Shown here: piece by piece, positions 54,181 through 64,000 of the stretch
How positions within the stretch are numbered: position 1 is the stretch's first letter
How the letters are laid out: the number at the start of each line of letters is the position of its first letter
Program-made: the position numbers and the translations under genes
Source of the DNA: Armatimonadota bacterium
Lineage (GTDB): Bacteria > Armatimonadota > SYMT01
NCBI GenBank assembly: GCA_041690135.1
Contig: JAWLHY010000002.1
Location: 416,001 to 480,000 of the forward strand
Length of the DNA: 64,000 nt
Direction: 5' to 3'
Notes under the pieces: generated by a model
Database searches by the model: none
The model's input: the letters and a program-made list of their open reading frames with translations, nothing else
Told to the model about the DNA's origin: nothing

Positions 54181-55011
54181 TTAATCCTCCACGAACTCGA
54201 TCGGCGGGAGTTGCTCAATCACGCCCGCCTCGTGGCCGCGGGTGAGGAAGAGGCGGATGCTCTCGCGGCCGGCCTCGCCCATGTCGAGCGTCCAATCGTT
54301 GACGTACATCCCCACGAACTGGTCGGCCAACTCGCGCTTCATGCCGCGGGCGAACTCCAGGGCGTAGTCCAGCGCTTCCTTCCGGTTCTCCAGCCCGTGC
54401 GCGATGCTGGCGTGGAGGATGCGCGAGATCTGGCGCATCCGTTCCGCGCCGAGGTCCTTTCGGATCACGTTCACGCCCAGGGGCAGCGGCAGTCCGGTCT
54501 CACCCTTCCACCACTGGCCCAGGTCGACCACGGTCTTCAGGCCCAGCTCGGGGTGCATGAGCTGCCCTTCATGGATCAGGAGCCCTGCGGCGTACTTTCC
54601 TTCGGCCACGCCTTCCATGATCTCGTCGAACGGCACCACCTCGTAGGCAAACTCGCCCAGCCAGAGGCGCAGGGCCAGGAAGGCGCTGGTGAGGGTGCCG
54701 GGGATGGCGATCTTCAGCTCCTTGAGCGCCTGCCGGGAGAGATTCTCGCGCGCCACGATCATCGGGCCGTAGTTATCACCCATGCTCGCGCCGTGGGGCA
54801 GGATGGCGTAGTTGTCGGCGATGTAAGCATAGCCGTGGACGGAGACGGCCGTGATGTGGAGGCGAGACTCCAGCGCCCAGCGGTTCAGCGTCTCGATGTC
54901 GCGCAGGATGTGCTCGAACTCGTAACCTTCTTCCTCGACCTTGTGCCGGGCGAGGCCGTAGAACATGAAGGCGTCGTCGGAGTCCGGGCTGTGTCCTAGT
55001 GTGATCTTCAC
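54181..55011 (-). CDS. mqnD: 1,4-dihydroxy-6-naphthoate synthase (futalosine pathway, MqnA/MqnD family)
   Basis: LGHSPDSDDAFMFY, DIETLN, LLIHEGQ, LPLPLG, MYVN; GTGA overlap with map. Confidence 0.85.
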   Translation of the reverse strand: MKITLGHSPDSDDAFMFYGLARHKVEEEGYEFEHILRDIETLNRWALESRLHITAVSVHGYAYIADNYAILPHGASMGDNYGPMIVARENLSRQALKELKIAIPGTLTSAFLALRLWLGEFAYEVVPFDEIMEGVAEGKYAAGLLIHEGQLMHPELGLKTVVDLGQWWKGETGLPLPLGVNVIRKDLGAERMRQISRILHASIAHGLENRKEALDYALEFARGMKRELADQFVGMYVNDWTLDMGEAGRESIRLFLTRGHEAGVIEQLPPIEFVED

Positions 55012-55835
55012 GTGCGTGGTCCCTTTGCGGCCGCCCGGTCCTTGCTGAGGTCTACGGGGTCGTGCGGCCCGAGTGTGAGAATCTCGTAACCGTGCCGGGT
55101 GATGGCCACGGTGTGTTCGAAATGGGCGCTGGGGCGGTTGTCGGCGGAGACGATGGTCCACCCGTCTTCCAGGCATTCCACGTCCGGCGTGCCGGCGTTC
55201 ACCATCGGCTCGATGGCGATGGTCAGCCCTTCCAGCATCAGGGGGTTGGGGCGGTCGGAGGCGACGTAGTTGTAGATCTCCGGCTCCTCCCACAGGTTCT
55301 TGCCGATCCCATGGCCGGTAAGCGCCTCCACCACGGTAAAGCCGTTGCTCTCCACCACCTCCTGCACGGCCCGGCCGATATCCTGGATCCGGCCGCGCGG
55401 GCGGATCGCGCGGATGCCGGCCCACAGCGATTCGCGGGTGACGTCGATCAGCTTCTGCTTCTCTTCCGAGATCTGGCCGATCGGCACGGTGATCGCGCTG
55501 TCGCCGTGGTACCCCCGCAGCTTCACGCCCACGTCGATGGAGAGGATCTGCCCCTCTACCAGCTTCCGTTCCGCGCGCGGGATGCCGTGGACCACCTCCT
55601 CGTCCACGGAGGCGCAGATGCTCCAGTGGTAAACCTCGTCCCCGGCGCGGTGGTTGAGGAACGAGGGCGTGCCGCCGTGCTTCGCGATGAGGTCGTAGGC
55701 GAGCTTATCCAGCTCCAGCGTGGAGACCCCCGGCTGCGCCGCCTCGCGCAGCGCCGCCAGCACCACGGAGACGACGTATCCCGCCTCCCGCATCCGCTCG
55801 ATCTCTTTCGCCGACTTGTAACTGATCCGTCCCAA
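55008..55835 (-). CDS. map: Methionine aminopeptidase type I
   Basis: VVHGIP, IDVGV...HGDSA, GHGIG, AIEPMV, SAHFEHT. Confidence 0.96.
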   Translation of the reverse strand: MGRISYKSAKEIERMREAGYVVSVVLAALREAAQPGVSTLELDKLAYDLIAKHGGTPSFLNHRAGDEVYHWSICASVDEEVVHGIPRAERKLVEGQILSIDVGVKLRGYHGDSAITVPIGQISEEKQKLIDVTRESLWAGIRAIRPRGRIQDIGRAVQEVVESNGFTVVEALTGHGIGKNLWEEPEIYNYVASDRPNPLMLEGLTIAIEPMVNAGTPDVECLEDGWTIVSADNRPSAHFEHTVAITRHGYEILTLGPHDPVDLSKDRAAAKGPRT

Positions 55836-55846
55836 AGTTAAATCCT

Positions 55847-56482
55847 CTACCGGAGCCCCTCATCCAGCACACGTACTAACCAGTCGCTTTCGGCCGCGAT
55901 GGTCGTGTCCGGCCCGTGGCCGGGGTAGACGCGCGTCTCCGGGGGCAGTTGCAGCGCCCGGGAGAGGCTCGCCGCCATGTGGGCCGCGTTGCAGCCGGGT
56001 AGGTCGATGCGCCCGTAGCCGCCCTGAAAGAGCAGGTCTCCCCCCAGCACCTCCGCCCGCTCCCGGCAGTAGAGCAGGATGTGCCCCGGAGAGTGGCCGG
56101 GGACATGCCACACTTCCCACTCGGTGTCGCCCAGCGGCAGGGTCATCCCCTCCGACAGCGCCTCGTCAATCTGCACCCGCGGCATCTCGTAGGGGAGGCC
56201 GAACAGGGCGGTCTGCGGAGCGTGAAGCAGCGGCGTCTCCACCGGGTTCACCGCCACTGGAATGCCCGCCTGCTGGTAGGCCGCCACATCCAGAATGTGG
56301 TCGAAGTGCCCGTGCGTCAAGATGGCGCGCGTGAGGCGGAGGCCGCGGTCGGCCACGTGCCGCAGCACCCGGTCGGCCGTCTCCAGCGGGGCGTCGATCA
56401 CCCAGGCTTCACCGCTTTTCGGGTCCGCCACCAGGTACGTGTGTGTCTCTACCGGCGGACCGGTCCATCGCTCAATGACCAC
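55847..56482 (-). CDS. MBL-fold metallo-hydrolase (glyoxalase II-like)
   Basis: THGHFDH, PGHSPG, GDLLF, PGHG. Confidence 0.93.
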   Translation of the reverse strand: MVIERWTGPPVETHTYLVADPKSGEAWVIDAPLETADRVLRHVADRGLRLTRAILTHGHFDHILDVAAYQQAGIPVAVNPVETPLLHAPQTALFGLPYEMPRVQIDEALSEGMTLPLGDTEWEVWHVPGHSPGHILLYCRERAEVLGGDLLFQGGYGRIDLPGCNAAHMAASLSRALQLPPETRVYPGHGPDTTIAAESDWLVRVLDEGLR

Positions 56483-56672
56483 GCTGGAGTGTTTCCCTTC
56501 CCCTTCAGCCCAGAAACCCTCCTCATTCTATCACGCGGCCTGCGAACTCCTCGCCGTCCCGGAGACGCTGTTTGGGACCTCCTCGCTGCGCGGTAAATGC
56601 TCTGGGCGTCGCGCCTGAGGTGCCGGCAACCGGACCGGAAGATCGCACGAGCCATGGAGACGGTTCCCGAAG

Positions 56673-58760
56673 ATGAGTGCAAACACCCCCGCAGAAACTC
56701 CGTACCCGCCCCGGGAAGCGCTCCGGGTCCCGGAGCTTCCCACTCCGAGCTGGGGGCTGGGGGGCTGGCTGTACCGCGGGGGCTCGCCGGAGCATGCCGC
56801 CCACGTGGATGATCAGGCGCGGCCGTGGTACCTCGTCCTGTGGCTCACCGGAGTCGACTACTTCTCCACCCTGGGTTACCAGCCGGGGATCGCGCTGCTC
56901 GCGGCGGGCGCGCTCTCTCCCGTGGCCACCCTCATCCTGATCCTGGTGACGCTCTTCGGCGCGCTGCCGGTCTACGCCCAGGTGGCCCGCCATTCCTACA
57001 GCGGCCAGGGGTCCATCGCCATGCTGGAGCGACTCCTCTCCGGCTGGCGGAGCAAGCTCTTCGTGCTGGTGCTCCTCGGTTTTGCCGCGACCGATTTCGT
57101 TATCACCATGACCCTCTCCGCGGCCGACGCCGCCGTGCACCTGGTGGAGAACCCGCTGGTGGCGGAGTACCTGCACGGTGGTCAGTTGTGGATCACGCTG
57201 GCGCTCCTCGCCCTACTCGCGGGAGTTTTCTTGAAGGGGTTCCGGGAGGCGATCGGCCTGGCCGCCCTGATCGGCATCCCTTACATCCTGTTGAACCTGC
57301 TGGTGGTCATCCGTGGCGGCATCGAGATTGCCCGGCACCCGGAGTACCTCCAGGCCTGGACCTCCGCCCTCGCGGTGCAGGGGGATTGGAGCGCCGTGGT
57401 GCTGGTGGCGGCCCTGGTGTTTCCCAAGCTGGCACTGGGGCTCAGCGGGTTCGAGACCGGCGTGGCCGTTATGCCGCTGGTAAAGGGGGACCCAGACGAC
57501 CGCCGCTGGCCCTTGCCGGTGGGGCGGATCCAGAGCAGCCGGAAGTTGCTGGCCGCCGCCGCGCTGATCATGAGCGTGATGCTGCTGACGACCAGCCTCG
57601 TCACCACGCTGCTGGTGCCGGAAACGGCCTATCGAGAAGGGGGGCCCGCGGCGGGTCGAGTGATGGCGTACGTCGCCCACCGGCTGATGGGTGACTTCGT
57701 TGGTACCATCTACGACATCTCCACGATCCTGATTCTCTGGTTCGCGGGCGCTTCGGCGATGGCGGGGCTGTTGAACCTCGTTCCCCGGTACCTGCCGCGC
57801 CTGGGAATGGCTCCCCGCTGGGTAGCCTACGTGCGGCCGCTGGTGTTGATTCTCTTTGCCATCAACGTGATCGTGACGCTCGTCTTCCGGGCGGAGGTGG
57901 AAGCGCAGGCGGGGGCCTACGCGACCGGGGTGTTGTTCCTGATCTTTTCGGCGTCCGTCGCCGTGACACTGGCGCTCTGGCGCGAGGCCCGTGAGGGCCC
58001 TTCCGCCGCCGTGACGCCGGCTCTGGCGGTGAAGGGGCTGGCGGAGCCGGAAGACCCAACCGGCATCCGCCCACGACGGTTCCCATGGGGAGCCATCTAC
58101 TTCGGCGGCATCAGCCTGGTGTTCTTTTACACCCTGGCCCAGAACATTCACGAGCGTCCGGACGGCATCATCATTGCCTCGGTCTTCATTGCCGGCATCA
58201 TTCTCCTCAGCCTGATCTCCCGGTACCGCCGGTCCACGGAACTGCGGGTCGAGCGGATCGACCTCGCCGATGCGGAGTCGTGCCGGCTGTGGGAGTCCAT
58301 GCTGGGCAAGAAGGTCAACCTGGTTCCGATCAAGCACTGTACGGCCGAGGGAATCCGGAGCAAGACCGAGGAGATCCGCAATTACTACCGGGTCGAGGGA
58401 CCGCTTGCCCTCCTCCACGTGCGGCTCCGTGACGACCGGAGCGACTTCTCCGGCGAGTTGTCCGTTGCGGTCACGCGTGTGGGCGACGACTATCTCATCC
58501 TGGTGGATGGCGCCGTCGCCATCGCCAACACCATCGCCTACCTCAGTGAACTGCTCGACCCCATCAGTGTCTTCCTGGGGTTGACGCGCCAGAATACGGT
58601 GGCGCAGGCGATCCGCTTTCTCCTCTGGGGCGAGGGAGAGACCGGCATCCGGGTCTATGAGGTCCTCCTGCGACACTGGGAGGAGACCCCCGAGGACGAC
58701 GTACGCCCGCGCATCTTCCTGATCAGTGACGGCTCCGAACCGGCAACGACCGGCGCTTAG
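56673..58760 (+). CDS. APC-superfamily transporter ('amino acid transporter')
   Basis: WLTGVDYFSTLGYQPGIA, LSGFETGV, ~12 TM segments and a cytoplasmic C-terminal domain. Confidence 0.8.
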   Translation: MSANTPAETPYPPREALRVPELPTPSWGLGGWLYRGGSPEHAAHVDDQARPWYLVLWLTGVDYFSTLGYQPGIALLAAGALSPVATLILILVTLFGALPVYAQVARHSYSGQGSIAMLERLLSGWRSKLFVLVLLGFAATDFVITMTLSAADAAVHLVENPLVAEYLHGGQLWITLALLALLAGVFLKGFREAIGLAALIGIPYILLNLLVVIRGGIEIARHPEYLQAWTSALAVQGDWSAVVLVAALVFPKLALGLSGFETGVAVMPLVKGDPDDRRWPLPVGRIQSSRKLLAAAALIMSVMLLTTSLVTTLLVPETAYREGGPAAGRVMAYVAHRLMGDFVGTIYDISTILILWFAGASAMAGLLNLVPRYLPRLGMAPRWVAYVRPLVLILFAINVIVTLVFRAEVEAQAGAYATGVLFLIFSASVAVTLALWREAREGPSAAVTPALAVKGLAEPEDPTGIRPRRFPWGAIYFGGISLVFFYTLAQNIHERPDGIIIASVFIAGIILLSLISRYRRSTELRVERIDLADAESCRLWESMLGKKVNLVPIKHCTAEGIRSKTEEIRNYYRVEGPLALLHVRLRDDRSDFSGELSVAVTRVGDDYLILVDGAVAIANTIAYLSELLDPISVFLGLTRQNTVAQAIRFLLWGEGETGIRVYEVLLRHWEETPEDDVRPRIFLISDGSEPATTGA

Positions 58761-58826
58761 GGTCTGTCAAGAAATTACCGTTTCGTTACGCCCAGCCGAC
58801 GAAGGTTTACGCCCCGAGGGGGTGTC

Positions 58827-58862
58827 GGCTTCGCCATTTGTAGGCGTGAGTTTACTCGCCCA
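58827..58862 (+). repeat. REP family A copy 3
   Basis: ggcttcgccatttgtaggcgtgagtttactcgccca. Confidence 0.8.
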
Positions 58863-59023
58863 ACTGTAGCGCCTGTTTTATGGCAGCCCCGTAGCGGGCG
58901 ATTTCTTCCCGAATCGCCCGTAACCCTTTCCCCGGTTCGCCGGTCACAGGAGATAGCTAACGCAATCGGTGCAATGGATGCGGCATCCGGCATGCCGGCG
59001 CGACATGGGTTGGAGGGGGACTG

Positions 59024-61894
59024 GTGAAGTATCGAAGCGCGTCAGTTCTTACGGGAGCGATCGCAGCCTCCGGGCTGCTCTCGGCGGCTCTGCCCGCGTC
59101 GGCAGCCCCGCGGCGCGTCTCCTCCAGCGCACGCAAGGCGCCGGCAAGCCCCCGCAACTCCAAAGCGACAGCGCGGAAACCGGTGTCCCGGAAGCCCGCG
59201 CCTCGCAAGCGCACTCCACTGGCCATGCCGGCGGGGCCGGTACTGGAGGCGCTCCAGATCCAACCAGCAACCGTGACCCTGGAGGGCCGCCGTGCCCAGC
59301 AACTGCTGGTGGTCACCGGCCGGTACTCCGACGGCTCCCTTCGGGACCTTTCCACGCAGGTGAAGTACGCCACGGACCAGGCGCGGGTGGCCGCCATCTC
59401 AGCCACGGGTCTCGTCAAACCCGTGGCGGACGGGGAGACGGTGGTCAAGGCCTACTTGGGGAAGATCGGCGCCAAGGTTCCGGTAACGGTGGCCGCGGCG
59501 GCCGACTCGGCGCCTCCCAGCTTCATGCGGGACGTGGTGCCGGTGTTGACCCAGGCCGGCTGCAACTCGCTCTCCTGCCACGGCTCGCCGGTGGGGAAGG
59601 CCGGGTTCAAGCTCTCGATGTACGGCTTCGAGCCGAACCTCGACTTCGAGGCGATCGTGAAGCAGGAGCGGTCCGTGCCGGAGAAGGGGAAGCGGATCGA
59701 CCTCGCCGCGGCGAACCGCAGCTTGTTCCTGATCAAGCCGACCATGCAGACGCCCCACCAGGGCGGCATGCGGTTCAAGATCGGCTCCCCGGAGTACCGC
59801 ACCCTGGAAGCCTGGCTGAAGTCCGGCGCGCCGATGGACCCGCTCGACCCGCTGCCGGTCGTCACTCGCGTGGAAGTGCTGCCGGCGGAGCGGGTGCTGC
59901 CGAAGGCCGGCGCGAAGCAGCGCCTGGTGGTGATGGCGCATTACTCGGACGGCACGGCTGAGGACGTGACCCACAAGGCGATCTACGCCAGTAACGACGA
60001 CTCGGTGGCGACTCCCGACCCGGAAGGCGTCACCGCGGCCGGAGTGGGGGAGACGATCGTCCTCGCCCGCTACCTGGGGCGGGTCGGCACGGCGCAGTTC
60101 CTCATCCCCCAGCCGGATCCGGTGACGGACCGCGACTACACGGGTTTCCAGCCGGTCAACTTCATCGACCAGTTGACGCTGGCGAAGTGGAAGAAGATGC
60201 GGTTCGTCCCCTCCGAGCCCGCCACGGACGCCGAGTTCCTCCGCCGCGTCTCCCTGGACCTCACCGGCACCCTGCCCACCGCCGACGAGACGCGCGCGTT
60301 CCTGGCAGCGTGTGATGCGGAACGCCGGGTTGGTGCCTCGAGCAAAGCGCACGGGAGCAGTGGGGCCGGGGGGCCTGGTGAACAGAACAGGTACGGGTTG
60401 ACAGAACGCAGGGGGGTAGGGGGGCAGAGAGCGGGGGAGAGACAGGCTCTGCGCACCGCAGCAGCCCGTGATCCCCAGGGTTCCCCTTACGCAATACGCA
60501 ATACGCAATACGCAGCGGGTTCCCAATACGCAATACGTAACACGCAGTACGCAGACCCCGGAACCACCGCGCCCGCCCTGAAGACGCGTGCCAAGCTGGT
60601 CGAAGAACTCCTGAACCGCCCCGAATACGCCGACTGGTGGACCCTCTTCTGGGGCGACAACCTGCGGAACAACAGCCGCCTGATCCAGGCCAACGGCGCG
60701 AAAGCCTACCGGGACTGGATCCACAAGAACGTGGCGGAGAACCGGCCCTACAACGAGTTCGTCCGCGAACTGGTGACCGCCCGCGGCAAGAACTTCAGCA
60801 ACGGCGCCGTGAACTTCTTCCGCGTGGCGCGCAACGCCCAGGAGCAGGCCGAGCAGACGGCGCAGGTCTTCCTGGGGGTCCGTCTCCAGTGCGCCAACTG
60901 CCACAACCACCCTTCGGAGAAGTGGACCCGCACGAGCTACCACCGGTTCGCGGCCCTGTTCTCGAAGACGACTTCGAAGAACGTCGGCAAGGGGGAGGTC
61001 GAGATCCTGGCCAACCCCAAGGGGTCCTACCGCAGCCCCATCACCAACCGTCCCCTGGAGCCGGCCGTGCTGGAGGACAGCCCGCCCGACATGCCGGAAG
61101 ACCGGGACTACCGCGAGGTCCTGGGCGAATGGCTGGTAAGCCCCGAGAACCCGCTCTTCGCCCGCAACCTGGTGAACCGCGTCTGGGCGCAGCTCTTCGG
61201 GAAGGGGATCATCGACCCCGTCGACGACGTCCGCGTCACCAACCCGCCGGTAAACGAGGCGCTCCTCGACGCGCTGGCCCGCGATTTCGTGGCGCACAAC
61301 TACGACGTGAAGCACCTGCTGCGGACCATCGTCAGCTCGCGCACCTACCAGCTATCCGTCCGGGCCAACCGGTGGAATGGGAAGGACCGCCAGAATTTCT
61401 CACGGGCCTACCACCGCCGGCTCAAGGCGGAAGCCCTGCTGGATGCGTACTGCCAGGTAACGGACCAGCCGGAGAGCTACCGCGGCCACCCGGCCGGAAC
61501 CCGCGCCATCCAGTTGGTCGACAACCGGGTCGCCAGTTACTTCATGGACATCTTCGGCCGGCCCCGGCGCGAGGTGGTCTGCGCCTGCGAGCGAGAGGAG
61601 ACGGCCACCCTGACCCAGGCCCTCCACCTGATCAACGGCGACACGCTCAACCGGAAGATCGCCGCCTCGAAAGGGAGAGTCGCGAGCCTGCTGGACCCCG
61701 CCGCCAACCCGCCGTGGTCCGATGCAGCCGTGGTCGAGGAGCTGTACCTTGGGTCGCTCAACCGGTTCCCTACGCCGGAGGAGAGTGCGGAGGCGGTCCG
61801 GCAGATCGAGGCCGCCGGCAAGGAGCGCCGCGCCGCTGTTGAGGACCTGCTCTGGGTCCTGCTCAATTCCACGGAATTCCAGTTCAATCACTGA
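59024..61894 (+). CDS. DUF1549/DUF1553 protein with Ig-like (Big_2) domains
   Basis: GCNSLSCHG, FLRRVSLDLTG, FLGVRLQCANCHNHP, NRVWAQLFG, EDLLWVLLNSTEFQFNH. Confidence 0.93.
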   Translation: MKYRSASVLTGAIAASGLLSAALPASAAPRRVSSSARKAPASPRNSKATARKPVSRKPAPRKRTPLAMPAGPVLEALQIQPATVTLEGRRAQQLLVVTGRYSDGSLRDLSTQVKYATDQARVAAISATGLVKPVADGETVVKAYLGKIGAKVPVTVAAAADSAPPSFMRDVVPVLTQAGCNSLSCHGSPVGKAGFKLSMYGFEPNLDFEAIVKQERSVPEKGKRIDLAAANRSLFLIKPTMQTPHQGGMRFKIGSPEYRTLEAWLKSGAPMDPLDPLPVVTRVEVLPAERVLPKAGAKQRLVVMAHYSDGTAEDVTHKAIYASNDDSVATPDPEGVTAAGVGETIVLARYLGRVGTAQFLIPQPDPVTDRDYTGFQPVNFIDQLTLAKWKKMRFVPSEPATDAEFLRRVSLDLTGTLPTADETRAFLAACDAERRVGASSKAHGSSGAGGPGEQNRYGLTERRGVGGQRAGERQALRTAAARDPQGSPYAIRNTQYAAGSQYAIRNTQYADPGTTAPALKTRAKLVEELLNRPEYADWWTLFWGDNLRNNSRLIQANGAKAYRDWIHKNVAENRPYNEFVRELVTARGKNFSNGAVNFFRVARNAQEQAEQTAQVFLGVRLQCANCHNHPSEKWTRTSYHRFAALFSKTTSKNVGKGEVEILANPKGSYRSPITNRPLEPAVLEDSPPDMPEDRDYREVLGEWLVSPENPLFARNLVNRVWAQLFGKGIIDPVDDVRVTNPPVNEALLDALARDFVAHNYDVKHLLRTIVSSRTYQLSVRANRWNGKDRQNFSRAYHRRLKAEALLDAYCQVTDQPESYRGHPAGTRAIQLVDNRVASYFMDIFGRPRREVVCACEREETATLTQALHLINGDTLNRKIAASKGRVASLLDPAANPPWSDAAVVEELYLGSLNRFPTPEESAEAVRQIEAAGKERRAAVEDLLWVLLNSTEFQFNH
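60488..60554 (+). repeat. Heptamer array (TACGCAA-like)x8 inside the DUF1549 CDS
   Basis: TACGCAA x3 TACGCAG, spacer, TACGCAA TACGTAA CACGCAG TACGCAG; encodes YAIRNTQYA twice. Confidence 0.92.
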
Positions 61895-61906
61895 AGGACT
61901 TACCAC

Positions 61907-63226
61907 ATGAGAAACCTGGTTCTTAATCGCCGGGCTTCGGCGAACTGCGAGGGAGTGAGTCGCCGGGACCTGCTGCGGGTCGGCACGCTGGGGGCATTCG
62001 GGCTGTCGCTGCCGGAATTCCTCCGGATGCGCCAGGCGGCCGCGGACAGCAAGAAGGCGGTCCGCGACCGCAATTGCATCCTGCTGTTCATGAACGGCGG
62101 CCCCTCGCACATCGATACCTGGGACCCCAAGCCCGACGCGCCCGCCGAGTACCGGGGCGAGTTCAATCCGATCTCCCCCAGCGGCGCGGAGTTCCAGATC
62201 AGCGAGCACCTGCCCCGGATGGCGGAGGTCGGCAACCGGTTCTCCGTGGTGCGGTCGCTCACCAGCCCGGAGGGAAGCCACGAGCGGGCCTGCCACTACA
62301 TGCTCACCGGCTACCGGATCCTGCCGACCCTGGAGTATCCCGCCTACGGCTCCGTGATCCTGAAGGAGAAGGGCTTCAAGTCGAGCCTGCCGCCGTACAT
62401 CGCCATCCCCTCCACCCTGCGCGGCGGCACTCCCGGCTACCTCGGCACGGTTTACCAGCCGTTCTCCGTCGGCAGCCCGAGCAGCAAGGATGGCTCGATC
62501 AGCGTCCGGGACGTGAATTCACCCGTGGGAGATGCCCGGATGCGTGCCCGCGCCGAGCTTCTCCGCCGCCGCGACGCCGCCTTCCGGAACGAGGACCCGG
62601 ACGGCACCCTGGCCACGCTGGACGAGTACTACCAGCGCGCCTACGACCTGGTGAACTCTTCGGCCGCGAAGAAGGCGTTCGACCTCTCAACCGAGCCGGA
62701 CGCGCTGAAGGACCGCTACGGCCGGCACAGCTTCGGGATGGGATGCCTGCTGGCCCGCCGCCTGATCGAGGCGGGGACCCGCTTCGTCACGATCTCGCTC
62801 GGCGGCTGGGACACTCACAGCAAGAACTTCCCGAACCTGCGCGATAAGCAGTTGCCGCCGCTCGACGCCGGCTTCGCCTCCCTGATCGAGGACCTTTCCG
62901 ACCGCGGCCTGCTGGACGACACGCTGGTCGTCTGGATGGGCGAGTTCGGCCGGACCCCCAAGATCAACAAGAACGCCGGCCGCGACCACTACCCCAAGTG
63001 CCAGAGCGTGGTCTTCGCCGGCGGCGGCACCCCGGGCGGCCAGGCCATCGGCCGGAGCGACAAAACGGCGAGTCTCCCCGAGGAGCGCCCCGTCACCCCG
63101 GAAGACATGGCCGCCACGATCTACAGCATCCTCGGCATCGACGGCCACAAGACCTACACCACCTCCACCGGCCGTCCCATCCGTATTGCGGAGAAAGGTG
63201 AAGTTATCAACGAGTTGACAGGCTAA
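61907..63226 (+). CDS. DUF1501 domain protein
   Basis: SRRDLL, GGPSHIDTWDPKP, GWDTH, GEFGRTP...GRDHYP. Confidence 0.94.
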   Translation: MRNLVLNRRASANCEGVSRRDLLRVGTLGAFGLSLPEFLRMRQAAADSKKAVRDRNCILLFMNGGPSHIDTWDPKPDAPAEYRGEFNPISPSGAEFQISEHLPRMAEVGNRFSVVRSLTSPEGSHERACHYMLTGYRILPTLEYPAYGSVILKEKGFKSSLPPYIAIPSTLRGGTPGYLGTVYQPFSVGSPSSKDGSISVRDVNSPVGDARMRARAELLRRRDAAFRNEDPDGTLATLDEYYQRAYDLVNSSAAKKAFDLSTEPDALKDRYGRHSFGMGCLLARRLIEAGTRFVTISLGGWDTHSKNFPNLRDKQLPPLDAGFASLIEDLSDRGLLDDTLVVWMGEFGRTPKINKNAGRDHYPKCQSVVFAGGGTPGGQAIGRSDKTASLPEERPVTPEDMAATIYSILGIDGHKTYTTSTGRPIRIAEKGEVINELTG

Positions 63227-63256
63227 CCGTACTCCTAACTGCGTTTCGCCCGTGGG

Positions 63257-63295
63257 CTCCCCCTCTCTGCGTCGGAGAGGGGGCGGGGGGTGAGG
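63257..63295 (+). repeat. CCCCTCTC...GGGGTGAGG palindromic repeat family C copy 2
   Basis: ctccccctctc...gagagggggcggggggtgagg. Confidence 0.65.
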
Positions 63296-63404
63296 TTACT
63301 TTGGTCACCGCAGCCGTTAAAGGTAAACCCCATTCCATCACTCGCCCATTCGCCCAGCCTCGGTCCCCATCAATTCGCGTCCATTCGTCCCATTCGCGGA
63401 TCGC

Positions 63405-64000
63405 TCAGGCCCGGAAACCCAGCAGCCGCGCGAGGTTGAGTCCCTTGACCTTGGCCCGGTCCGCTTCGGAGTACTCCGGCATGTGCGCGTCCACGATGCT
63501 CGGGCTACCGCTCCCCCACACCAGGCGGTCCGGCCCGAACTCCCGGATCACCCGCCGGGTGAAGGGCCGGGCGCTTGCGTAATGGGGGGCGTCGGTCGCG
63601 AAGTGGTTGAGGCCGGAGAGCTTCATATAAACGTTGGGGAGAGACGCCAGCTCGAGCACGTCCGCGTACTCCACCGCGTCCCCCATGTGCGGTTCGGCCA
63701 GGTGGTCGATCAGGACGGTGCACCCTGGAAACGCCCGGATCGCCTCCCCGGCTTGCCGGGCATAGTTCGGCCCGATGTGCAGCTCCACGATGAGGCCCAG
63801 GTCCACCGCCGTCCCCCAGAGCGCCCGCACGCCGGTGTCCGCGAAGCTGTGCAGGTACATCTCCTTGCCGCGGTGAGCGTGGAACCGCATGGCGACCATC
63901 CGCGGCTCCCGCGCCGCGAGATCCCGCAGCTTACGCGGGGCGTCCGGGTCGTCGGGGTAGTAGAGGAAGGTGCCGCGCAGGCGCTCCGGCTCACGTTCCA
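63405..64000 (-). CDS. Amidohydrolase_2 family protein, 5' end outside window
   Basis: IDHLAEP, NVYMKLSG, FGPDRLVWGS; frame stays open to the window edge. Confidence 0.85.
   Translation of the reverse strand, partial: EREPERLRGTFLYYPDDPDAPRKLRDLAAREPRMVAMRFHAHRGKEMYLHSFADTGVRALWGTAVDLGLIVELHIGPNYARQAGEAIRAFPGCTVLIDHLAEPHMGDAVEYADVLELASLPNVYMKLSGLNHFATDAPHYASARPFTRRVIREFGPDRLVWGSGSPSIVDAHMPEYSEADRAKVKGLNLARLLGFRA

Overview
High-GC bacterial chromosomal window, most likely Armatimonadota (inferred from the FTLIELL...[19 protein letters not shown]1559/H-X9-DG gene, a DUF5658-like gene and PEP-CTERM). It carries housekeeping genes (pyrK-pyrD, map, mqnD, ygfZ-like, M16 protease), a MarR-TolC-MFP-RND-PII efflux operon, and many Planctomycete/Verrucomicrobia-type envelope families (three PQQ-like beta-propellers, a sulfatase, DUF1592+DUF1552, DUF1549/1553+DUF1501). 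I found no rRNA, tRNA, CRISPR array, integrase or transposase. Most notable observations: (1) a single-chain tandem Crp gene followed by two Crp-type boxes 22 bp apart, a -10 element, a ~190-nt highly structured non-coding region and a terminator, i.e. a candidate double-Crp/ncRNA module; (2) a four-helix-bundle gene lying antisense inside the efflux operon between complementary heptamer arrays that could loop it out of the mRNA; related 6-9-mer arrays occur across the window, one inside an in-frame insertion in a DUF1549 gene; (3) a stand-alone Macro + DUF4062 (TIR-like) fusion, a candidate NAD/ADP-ribose defence protein; (4) several REP/REPIN-like families. All calls were made by eye, without database searches or folding software.
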